Source: Spirochaetaceae bacterium
GTDB taxonomy: Bacteria; Spirochaetota; Spirochaetia; Treponematales; Breznakiellaceae
Direction: 5' to 3'
Assembly: GCA_031278295.1 (NCBI GenBank)
Contig: JAITKQ010000016.1
Span: 1 to 26,598, forward strand
Length of the DNA stretch: 26,598 nucleotides
This document shows, one piece after another, positions 1 through 7,434 of the stretch. Within the stretch, counting starts at the first letter, position 1, and each line of letters opens with the position of its first letter. The notes beneath the pieces are model-generated. The model was not told the DNA's origin, did not search any database, and saw nothing but the letters and a program-made list of their open reading frames with translations. The position numbers were made by a program, and so were the translations under genes.

Positions 1-6
1 AGTGTT

Positions 7-732
7 TTGACTAGAAGAACGATCTCTTCTAGCTAGGAGAACGATCTCTTCTAGCTAGGAGAACGATCTCTTCTAGCTAGGAGAACGATCTCTTCTAGCG
101 AGGAGATCAATCTCTTCTAGCTAGGAGATCGATCTCTTCTAGCTAGGAGATCAATCTCTACTAGCCAGGAGCGCGATCTCTTCTAGCCAGTAGCGCGATC
201 TCTTCTAGCCAGGAGCGCGGTCTCTTCCAGCCAGGAGCGCGGTCTCTTCCAGCCAGGAGCGCGGTCTCTTCTGGACGGGAGAACGATCTCTTCTGGACGG
301 GAGATCGATCTCTGCTGGACGGGAGAACGATCTCTTCTGGACGGGAGATCGATCTCTGCTGGACCGGAGATCGATCTCTGCTGGACAGCAGATCGATCTC
401 TGCTGGACGGCAGATTGATCTCTGCTGGACGGCAGATCGATCTCTGCTGGACGGCAGATTGATCTCTGCTGGACGGCAGATCGATCTCTTCTGGACGGCA
501 GATCGATCTCTTCTGGACGGCAGATCGATCTCTTCTGGACGGCAGATCGATCTCTTCTGGACGGCAGATCGATCTCTTCTGGACGGTAGATCGATCTCTT
601 CTGGACGGCAGATCGATCTCTTCTAGCTAGGAGAACGATCTCTTCTAGCTAGGAGAACGACCTCTTCTAGCCAGAAGCGCGATCTCTCCTAGCCAGGAGC
701 GCGACCTCTGCTAGCCAGGAGCGCGGTCTATT
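7..732. repeat. 22-bp tandem repeat array 1, 33 units, no indels (consensus CT(A/G)G(C/A)(T/C)(A/G)G(G/C/T)AGA(T/A)CGATCTCT(T/G))
   Basis: Units end at 28, 50, 72 ... 600, 622 ... 732 (constant period 22). Example unit 117-138 CTAGCTAGGAGATCGATCTCTT; 601-622 CTGGACGGCAGATCGATCTCTT. No unique spacers; TAG stops in CTAG-type units rule out a continuous ORF. Confidence 0.97.
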
Positions 733-842
733 CTATACTCGCGACGACTGCGAGCGGGCGGCCAGCCATAAATGGCTGGCAAATGCGGGTTTTTTCAGCG
801 CCGCGCAAGCGAAATAAATATCGCATATTTTCATATAGTGTT
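733..842. other. Unique 110-bp spacer between the two arrays with several inverted repeats and an AT-rich 3' end
   Basis: GCCAGCCA-TAAA-TGGCTGGC (761-780), CTCGC-N7-GCGAG (738-754), GCGA-AATAAATA-TCGC; ends in AGTGTT, the same sequence that precedes array 1 at 1-6. Confidence 0.8.
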
Positions 843-1040
843 TTGTACGGTAGATCGATCTCTTCTGGACGGTAGATCGATCTCTTCTGGACGGTAGATC
901 GATCTCTTCTGGACGGGAGAACGATCTCTTCTGGACGGGAGCGCGATCTCTTCTGGACGGTAGATCGATCTCTTCTGGACGGTAGATTGATCTCTTCTAG
1001 CTAGCAGATTGATCTCTGCTAGACGGTAGATTGATCTCTG
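843..1040. repeat. 22-bp tandem repeat array 2, 9 units, same family as array 1
   Basis: Units end at 864, 886, 908, 930, 952, 974, 996, 1018, 1040; mostly CTGGACGGTAGATCGATCTCTT. Confidence 0.96.
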
Positions 1041-1058
1041 CTGGATGGAAGGCTTGCT

Positions 1059-1278
1059 CTCCCCGCAGGGGGATGCTGCCGCCTTTGCCCGTGCGCCGCG
1101 TCCAACAGGGACAGGCCCCGACGCGGGGCTCTGCCCCGCTTCTGGAGTTTTGCCACGCAAAACTCCACAGGTAAGGGGGCGTTGCGGGGGGCCTTGCCAC
1201 CCGCTGAGGGGGGTAGTGGAGCCGCTTGCGGCGGGAACGAGGGGGGAAGCGGGCAAACATTGTTTGCCATCCCCCCGC
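1059..1278. repeat. GC-rich multi-hairpin intergenic element (REP/BIME-like or structured RNA)
   Basis: GCCCCG-ACG-CGGGGC (1115-1129) overlapping GCGGGGC-TCT-GCCCCGC (1123-1139); TGGAGTTTTGC-CAC-GCAAAACTCCA (1143-1167); GGCAAACA-T-TGTTTGCC (1252-1268) inside an outer GGGGGGA/TCCCCCC stem. Confidence 0.55.
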
Positions 1279-1424
1279 ATTAACTTGCTGACAGGGGAAG
1301 GCTGGATAGAGAGGCTCTGGGCAACAAACGGGTCAAGGGATTTTGTTACGAGGCGCGGTAGTCTCCGTTAAGAGTGGATAGTCTTGACGGAGAAACGCGC
1401 TTCTTTCTGCCGGCTGCCGGATGG

Positions 1425-1466
1425 CGCGAAGCGGAAAGGCATCGGATGCCTTTTGTCCGCTTCGCG
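1425..1466 (-). terminator. Long hairpin immediately after the stop codon of the giant lipoprotein (terminator or 3' stabiliser)
   Basis: CGCGAAGCGGA-AAGGCATC-G-GATGCCTT-ttg-TCCGCTTCGCG, abutting the TAA at 1467-1469; no clear U-tract on the minus strand. Confidence 0.5.
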
Positions 1467-4400
1467 TTAGAAGTCGTCGTTTTTAGCGGTCTCGGTAAAA
1501 TCTGTGCCGCCGATAGTTACCGTGCCGCTGTATTTATACAGGGCGGCACTGCCATTTGTAGCGGTATTTGCGTTGGTGGTGTCGTTAATGCCGTAAACCG
1601 TGCCGTCGGTTTTGGTGAACGCACCGCCGTTAATATACACGCCGCCGCCGTTGGTGCTTGCCGTGTTCTTGCTGATGGTGCCGCCTGACATGGTGAAGTT
1701 TCCTGTCCCAATATACACCCCGCCGCCGTTGGTTGCCTCGTTATCGCTGATTTCCGCGTCGCCGCTCATGGTAAAGGTGCTACCGGTCGCGGTAAACACA
1801 CCGCCGCCTTCCTTGTATGTTCCTTCCGTGCTGTTCCCGCTGATCGTGCCGCCCGACATCGCAAATGCGCCCGCGTTATACACGCCGCCGCCCCTGTTTG
1901 CCGTGTTCCCGCCAATCGTGCCGCCTGACATGGTGAACGTGATGAGCTCGGATTTAACATACACGCCGCCGCCGTCACTGCCGCCTGCCGTGTTCCCGCT
2001 GATGGTGCCGCCTTTCATGTTGAACGTACCGCCGTCCATATGCACGCCGCCGCCATGGGCGCTGTTGTTGCTGTTGCTTGTCTCGTTCCCGCTGATGGCT
2101 GCAGTGCCGAACATAGTGAACGTGACGCTGCCGGAAACATACACGCCGCCGCCGGCGCCACATTCATTGCCGCTTATTTTTCCGCCCTTCATATCAAACC
2201 CACCTAAGACTGCGATACGCACGCCGCCGCCATTGTAGGTCGCCTTGTTCCCGCTGATCGTGCCGCCTGTCATCGTGAAATTTCCGCCGTGAAAATTCAC
2301 GCCGCCGCCGTGGGTTGCGTTGTTCCCGCTGATCGTGCCGCCGTTCATAGTGAACGCGCCGCTGCCGGAAGCAACACACACGCCGCCGCCGAAGCTGTTT
2401 CCATCATTCCCGCTGATGATGCCGCCCTTCATCGTGAAATTTCCGCCGCCCACATACACGCCGCCGCCGCCGCCAACGCTGTCGGCATTGGTGGCATTGT
2501 AGATGTTTTTGTTGTTTTGCAACGTTACGCCCGCGTTCATGGTAAGCGTTCCGCTGTTTACCATTACAAGCGCCGCCGTCGCAGTCAAGCCCTCGCCCTT
2601 GCCGCCGTCTATGACGAGGCCGTAGTTGCCGCCCCCCAGCGTGAGGCTCCCGCTTTCCACCGTGAACAGACTGCCGAAACCGCTTGCCCCGCGTGTGATT
2701 GTTCTCTCGCCGCCATCCGACACAAGGCGGATGTGTTTGCCGGAAAGCTCTACCGTTGAGGATATCGTAACGTCCGCCAGCAGTCTGACCTCTATCGGGT
2801 TGGCAGCGGTTCCGCCTGTGGCGAGGGGTATGGCCTCTTGTAATGTCGCCTTGTATATTGTTGTGTCGTCCGTCAAATCAACAGCCGCCCCCGCTTCTTT
2901 TAGTTTGCCTTCGTTGCCTTCAAGCACAATCATCTTCCCAACGCTTGTCGTGAACCGCTCTATTATGGCATCTGAAAGTGTTGCTCCAGTGGCGGCTTTC
3001 AGCACCGTTGTCCCTTCAGTCGTGACGTCCGGCGTTATCTTTGCGACAAGCCCGCTACCACCGTCCAGTCCGTCCACGGTAATCACCTTGCCTGACAAGA
3101 GGGACACATCGTTGTTCTGCTTCACGACCGCCGAGCCCGACATGGTGAAGGCCGCGGTGTTATCAACACGTACGCCGCCGCCGTTGCTGGTTGCCGTGTT
3201 CCCGCTGATGGTGCCGCCTTCCATCTTGAACGTGCCCTGAACAAACACGCCGCCGCCGGAGACGCTATCTATGTTCCCGCTGATGGTGCCGCCTTCCATC
3301 TTGAACGTGCCGGAGCCCTGATAAACGCCGCCGCCGAATTGTGCCTTGTTCCCGCTGCCTGCCGTAGCGCCGCCAATCGTGCCGCCCGTCATGGTGAATA
3401 TGCAGTTGCCGGCACTGAACACACCGCCGCCGAGGCCGCCGTCGCTTATGGCCTTGTTCCCGCTGATGGTGCCGCCTTCCATATTGAACGTGCCGCCGTA
3501 AGCATGCACGCCGCCGCCGTTTTTGATGGTTGCCTCGTTCCCGCTGATGGTTGCGCTGCCGGACATCGTGAACGTGCCGCCGTTAGCATACACGCCGCCG
3601 CCGCCGTCGTAGCCGCCGCTGCCGGTGGCTTTGTTCCCGCTGATGGTGCCGCTTGACATAGTGAACGTGCCGCCTTCCATATACACGCCGCCGCCGTTGG
3701 TGGTTGCCTCGTTCCCGCTGATTCTTGCGCTGCCTTCCATCTTGAACTCGGTGCCGCTACCGTAAACATACACGCCGCCGCCGCCTGAGCTGGTTGCCGT
3801 GTTCCCGCTGATAGCTGCGCTGCCTTCCATCGTGAACGTGCCGCTCTGAACAAACACGCCGCCGCCGGATTTTGCCGTGTTCCCGCTGTCTGCTGTAATG
3901 CCGCCAATCGTGCCGCCTGACATGGTGAACGTGCTGCCGTCGGTAACATACACGCCGCCGCCTTCGCTGTCGCCGCCTGTGGCCGTGTTCCCGCTGATGG
4001 TGCCGCTGTTCATATTGAACGTGCCGTCTTCCATATACACGCCGCCGCCGCGGGCATCTTGGCCGGAGTGTGCGGCCTTATTCTTGTTGATAGTGCCGCC
4101 GTTCATCGTGAACGCGCCTTCGTCAACATTCACGCCGCCGCCGCTTAACGCAGAGTTCCCGCTGATTTTTGCGCTGCTTGACATGGTGAACGTACCCGGG
4201 TTGACAACAAACACGCCGCCTCCGCGTATTGCCGTGTTCTTGCTGCCTGCTGTATCGCCGCCAATCGTGCCGCCTGACATGGTGAACGTTTTGGCAACAT
4301 ACACGCCGCCGCCGTCTCCTGTAGCCTCGTTCCCGCTGATAATCGCGCTGCTTGACATCGTGAACGTGCCGCCGGAAACATACACGCCGCCGCCGTTGAC

Positions 4401-6857
4401 GCTAGCCTCGTTCCCGCCAATCGTGCCGCCTGTCATCGTGAACGTGCCGCTACCGTCAAAATACACGCCGCCGCCGCTTTCTGAAGCATCGTTCCCGCTG
4501 ATGGTGCCGCCGGACATAGTGAACGCGCCATTGCTGGCAACAAACACGCCGCCGCCGTCTGTAGCATCGTTATCGCTGATAGTGCCGCCTGTCATGGTGA
4601 ACGTTTTGGCAACATACACGCCGCCGCCGTCTCCTGTTGTAGCATCGTTCCCGCTGATGGCGCCGCCTGTCATATTGAACGTGCCGCCGCCCACATACAC
4701 GCCGCCGCCGGATTGTGCCGTGTTCCCGCTGTCTGCTGTAATGCCGCCAATCGTGCCGCCTGACATGGTGAACTCGCAGCCGTCGGTAACATACACGCCG
4801 CCGCCTTCGCTGTTGCCGCCTGTGGCCGTGTTCCCGCTGATGGCGCCGCTGTTCATATTGAACGTGCCGTCTTCCATATACACGCCGCCGCCGCGGGCAT
4901 CTTGGCCGGAGTGTGTGGCCTTATTCTTGTTGATAGTGCCGCCTTGCATCGTGAACTCGCCTTCGTCAACATTCACGCCGCCGCCGCTTAACGCAGAGTT
5001 CCCGCTGATTTTTGCGCTGCCTGACATGGTGAACGTACCCTGGCCGACAACAAACACGCCGCCTCCGCGTATTGCCGTGTTCTCGCTGCCTGCTGTATCG
5101 CCGCCAATCGTGCCGCCTGTCATGGTGAACGTTTTGGCAACATACACGCCGCCGCCGTCTCCTGTAGCCTCGTTCCCGCTGATGGCGCCTCCGGACATAG
5201 TGAACGCGCCGCCGCTCACATACACGCCGCCGCCTGTACCGGAGGTGTTTTTGTTGTTTTGCAAGGTTACGCCGCTGTTCATCGTAAGCGTTCCGTCAAC
5301 CGTGATGAGCGCGCTGTCCGCGGTTATGCTTTTGCCCTTGCCGCCGTCTATCACAAGTGTGACCGAGCCGTTGCCTGCCAGCGTAAGGCTTGCGCCGCTT
5401 TCCACCGTGAACAGGCTGCCCGTCGTAAAGCTCGCGTCCCGTGTCAGTGTAATCTCCGACACACCGTAGACGGGAACAAGCAGTACGTGCCTGCTGTCGA
5501 TGTTTATCTCGTTGCCAATGGAGTGACTCTTCAACACGGTTATCTGGTCGGGAACTGGATTGCTTTCGGTAGAAGCGTCAACGGCCTCCTGCAAAGAAGC
5601 GTAGTATTTTTGATTACCGCTTACCCAGCGGGCCGCTACGACCAGCGCAAGTACGCCTTCATTTTCGGACAGCTTAAGCGCATATTTGCCGTCGGCCAAT
5701 ATAAATTTGTCGCAGTCCTCTTCTGTAAGCTGGTATGTAGCCACGACGCCCCTCAAAACAGCGCCATCCGTTTTTGTTGTGCTAATTTTTTTTACGGAAA
5801 TGTCCTCGGGCGGTGTAAGCCCGCCGCCAACTTCGATCACGGCGTCTCCCTCTAGCACGACTTCGTTTACCGATACAGGGCCCTTCACCACAAGCCTGGC
5901 GTCGGTCTTAACCGTAACCGTACCGTTTACCGTCAGATTGCCGTCCAGAGTGAGCCCCCCGCTAACGCTGATATCGCCGGTTATTTTTTTTATCGCGTCG
6001 TTATCCGTCCCCAGCCGGATAAACTTGCCTTCAGGGATTTCGACGCTTCCGCCTATGCTGAAACCGGTAACTACGGTTATATCGCTTTCGGTATCGGTAT
6101 CGTCAGGGGCGGCGGCAAGCGCCTCTTCCAGGCTGCCGTAGTATACGTCGTCCATTTTTACCACGCCCTTAGCCAGGCCGAATACGGCGTGCAGTTCTAT
6201 ATTTTTCCGGAACATTTCATCCGTGTCTTTAAAATCGGTTTTTTTGAAACTATATTTTCCGTTCTCCGCCGGGACCGGCTCTTTTTCGCCCTCTCTGCCT
6301 GAGAAAATCAGCGTACCATCTTTAAACGCATAAGAGTCGTAGGGCAGAATGATTACCTTGACAGACACCTCCTCCCCGTCAAATTGGGACTCGGCAATCA
6401 TCGAGGGCTCCGCGTACACCTTCCCTTCTTCCGAAATATACGGCTCTATCGTGTAGTATTTTTCGTCCGCTTTTAATACTGTTATCCAGAATTCGGTTTT
6501 TTTACTATCGTTCGCGTTCAGCTTTACCGTCACCGTTTTTATACCGGGGCTTTCGCCGTCGATTAAAGCGTCAACTGTGTAGTCCTTTCCCGGTGCCAGA
6601 TCGAGCAACTCGTTCAGGCTGTTCATGCCGTGTATTTCCAGCCCGTATTCGCTTGCCCAGGTTTCCGCGTTCTCCGGTATCGACTCTCCGTCGGCAAAGA
6701 TATTCTTTTTCGGGGGTGTTTTTACGAATATCGTGTGTACAAGCCTTAACTCGGCCAGCCGTTCTTCCACCACGGAAATTATAGGCTGATTCAAGACTTC
6801 ACAACCCGTGAACAGTACCAGACAAAAGAAAGGTAGCGGAAAGGCTTTTTTCAACAC
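1467..6857 (-). CDS. Giant surface lipoprotein (1796 aa) with right-handed parallel beta-helix repeats (GGGV(Y/F)xxGGTFxMxGGTISGNxA) and N-terminal Ig-like domains
   Basis: GTG start with AAGGAGGAG RBS; signal peptide ending LVLFTGC (Cys19, spirochaetal lipobox); 36 GGGV repeats counted (25 + 11 in two blocks); N-terminal segment TIFVKTPPKKNIFADGE resembles Big_3-type bacterial Ig-like domains (by eye). Confidence 0.88.
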   Translation of the reverse strand: MLKKAFPLPFFCLVLFTGCEVLNQPIISVVEERLAELRLVHTIFVKTPPKKNIFADGESIPENAETWASEYGLEIHGMNSLNELLDLAPGKDYTVDALIDGESPGIKTVTVKLNANDSKKTEFWITVLKADEKYYTIEPYISEEGKVYAEPSMIAESQFDGEEVSVKVIILPYDSYAFKDGTLIFSGREGEKEPVPAENGKYSFKKTDFKDTDEMFRKNIELHAVFGLAKGVVKMDDVYYGSLEEALAAAPDDTDTESDITVVTGFSIGGSVEIPEGKFIRLGTDNDAIKKITGDISVSGGLTLDGNLTVNGTVTVKTDARLVVKGPVSVNEVVLEGDAVIEVGGGLTPPEDISVKKISTTKTDGAVLRGVVATYQLTEEDCDKFILADGKYALKLSENEGVLALVVAARWVSGNQKYYASLQEAVDASTESNPVPDQITVLKSHSIGNEINIDSRHVLLVPVYGVSEITLTRDASFTTGSLFTVESGASLTLAGNGSVTLVIDGGKGKSITADSALITVDGTLTMNSGVTLQNNKNTSGTGGGVYVSGGAFTMSGGAISGNEATGDGGGVYVAKTFTMTGGTIGGDTAGSENTAIRGGGVFVVGQGTFTMSGSAKISGNSALSGGGVNVDEGEFTMQGGTINKNKATHSGQDARGGGVYMEDGTFNMNSGAISGNTATGGNSEGGGVYVTDGCEFTMSGGTIGGITADSGNTAQSGGGVYVGGGTFNMTGGAISGNDATTGDGGGVYVAKTFTMTGGTISDNDATDGGGVFVASNGAFTMSGGTISGNDASESGGGVYFDGSGTFTMTGGTIGGNEASVNGGGVYVSGGTFTMSSSAIISGNEATGDGGGVYVAKTFTMSGGTIGGDTAGSKNTAIRGGGVFVVNPGTFTMSSSAKISGNSALSGGGVNVDEGAFTMNGGTINKNKAAHSGQDARGGGVYMEDGTFNMNSGTISGNTATGGDSEGGGVYVTDGSTFTMSGGTIGGITADSGNTAKSGGGVFVQSGTFTMEGSAAISGNTATSSGGGGVYVYGSGTEFKMEGSARISGNEATTNGGGVYMEGGTFTMSSGTISGNKATGSGGYDGGGGVYANGGTFTMSGSATISGNEATIKNGGGVHAYGGTFNMEGGTISGNKAISDGGLGGGVFSAGNCIFTMTGGTIGGATAGSGNKAQFGGGVYQGSGTFKMEGGTISGNIDSVSGGGVFVQGTFKMEGGTISGNTATSNGGGVRVDNTAAFTMSGSAVVKQNNDVSLLSGKVITVDGLDGGSGLVAKITPDVTTEGTTVLKAATGATLSDAIIERFTTSVGKMIVLEGNEGKLKEAGAAVDLTDDTTIYKATLQEAIPLATGGTAANPIEVRLLADVTISSTVELSGKHIRLVSDGGERTITRGASGFGSLFTVESGSLTLGGGNYGLVIDGGKGEGLTATAALVMVNSGTLTMNAGVTLQNNKNIYNATNADSVGGGGGVYVGGGNFTMKGGIISGNDGNSFGGGVCVASGSGAFTMNGGTISGNNATHGGGVNFHGGNFTMTGGTISGNKATYNGGGVRIAVLGGFDMKGGKISGNECGAGGGVYVSGSVTFTMFGTAAISGNETSNSNNSAHGGGVHMDGGTFNMKGGTISGNTAGGSDGGGVYVKSELITFTMSGGTIGGNTANRGGGVYNAGAFAMSGGTISGNSTEGTYKEGGGVFTATGSTFTMSGDAEISDNEATNGGGVYIGTGNFTMSGGTISKNTASTNGGGVYINGGAFTKTDGTVYGINDTTNANTATNGSAALYKYSGTVTIGGTDFTETAKNDDF
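3854..5183. repeat. Near-identical 487-bp intragenic duplication (3854-4340 vs 4697-5183, offset 843 bp = 281 codons)
   Basis: Same offset confirmed at four anchors (3874/4717, 4051/4894, 4141/4984, 4321/5164); both copies encode ...NTAIRGGGVFVV...SGQDARGGGVYMEDGTFNMNSG...GITADSGNTA. Confidence 0.92.
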
Positions 6858-6861
6858 GAAA

Positions 6862-6910
6862 CTCCTCCTTCAGATAGTAATAGTATAACGTTATCCGCTG
6901 TTTTAGGCAA
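6862..6910 (-). promoter_or_regulatory. Sigma70-type promoter and RBS of the giant lipoprotein
   Basis: Minus strand TTGCCT (6910-6905) - 17 bp - TATACT (6887-6882); RBS AAGGAGGAG at 6870-6862. Confidence 0.75.
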
Positions 6911-7056
6911 GTATTCGCCGGGGCTTGCGGCGAAAAAGCGGGCGTGTACGAAACGCGGGGATTGAAGGGGCAACCCAAGGGGCTTGCCTGGCGAAACCCC
7001 GCAAAGCCCGGTTTCCGGCACGGAAATGCGCCCGGATTACATAAAAAATTTTTGTC

Positions 7057-7095
7057 ACCATTCACTGTTTAAAACCATTCACTGTTTAAAACCAT
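7057..7095. repeat. 17-bp tandem duplication ACCATTCACTGTTTAAA x2 (+ACCAT)
   Basis: Exact copies at 7057-7073 and 7074-7090. Confidence 0.9.
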
Positions 7096-7177
7096 GCCGC
7101 CCCCATTGTTCATCGGACAAACATGCGCCCTTGATCTTTTGATGTGAGCTAACAATAATTTGTCAAGGAGTCGCGGC

Positions 7178-7342
7178 ATAAAGGTTGTAGCGTTTACTGG
7201 AAGCCCGCACGGGGAGGGGCTCTATACGCTACGCACGGTGGGGCGTAACATGGCATGGCTGCTTAAAATCCTGGATCTCGGGCGCAAAAGTATCCCGCTT
7301 CCTCCGGAAGAAGATCGTGTCCGCACAAATTTTATCCGCTGA
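7178..7342 (+). pseudogene. Iron-sulfur flavoprotein / multimeric flavodoxin (WrbA-like, NADPH-dependent FMN reductase family) pseudogene: start codon ATG>ATA and most of the gene deleted in frame
   Basis: AAGGAG RBS (7165-7170) then ATA-AAG-GTT-GTA-GCG-TTT-ACT-GGA-AGC-CCG (IKVVAFTGSP, family N-terminus MKVVAFNGSP) joined directly to EGLYTLRTVGRNMAWLLK...TNFIR (family C-terminus). Confidence 0.75.
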
Positions 7343-7399
7343 CACGGGTGCCGCCGCGCGGCGTGGCTCCGGCTGCCGGCGGATTTTGCTTTGAAGGCT

Positions 7400-7434
7400 A
7401 TGCGTTAAACCCGCCGGCGGGTTATAATCCCCTT
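7400..7434 (+). promoter_or_regulatory. Putative leaderless sigma70 promoter with a perfect 16-bp palindrome in the spacer
   Basis: ATGCGT (7400-7405) - 17 bp - TATAAT (7423-7428) - 6 nt - ATG 7435; no SD; palindrome AACCCGCCGGCGGGTT overlaps the spacer. Confidence 0.6.

Noticed and set aside
7-1040. CRISPR or TIGR-type guide array
   Set aside because: Units are contiguous with no unique spacers; the variable positions recur in neighbouring units; no cas or Tas-like gene in the window.
831-1280. 149-aa minus-strand ORF with 22-aa periodicity (and 997-1260, 1019-1270, 1045-1371)
   Set aside because: The periodicity is just the 22-bp unit read through three frames; the 5' part crosses the hairpin element; no RBS or recognisable domain. 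Cannot be fully excluded without proteomics.
3854-5183. DGR template/variable repeat pair
   Set aside because: Differences go in both directions (A to G and G to A between copies) and include non-adenine changes; both copies are in frame within one gene; no reverse transcriptase in the window.
1600-6141. Long plus-strand ORFs (1600-2238, 2626-3240, 3877-5469, 5686-6141 etc.)
   Set aside because: Antisense shadows of the Gly-rich lipoprotein repeats (TPPP from GGGV).
7348-7434. N-terminal extension of the PRTase from GTG 7348
   Set aside because: Region contains the promoter-like -35/-10 and a palindrome; the translation is not protein-like.
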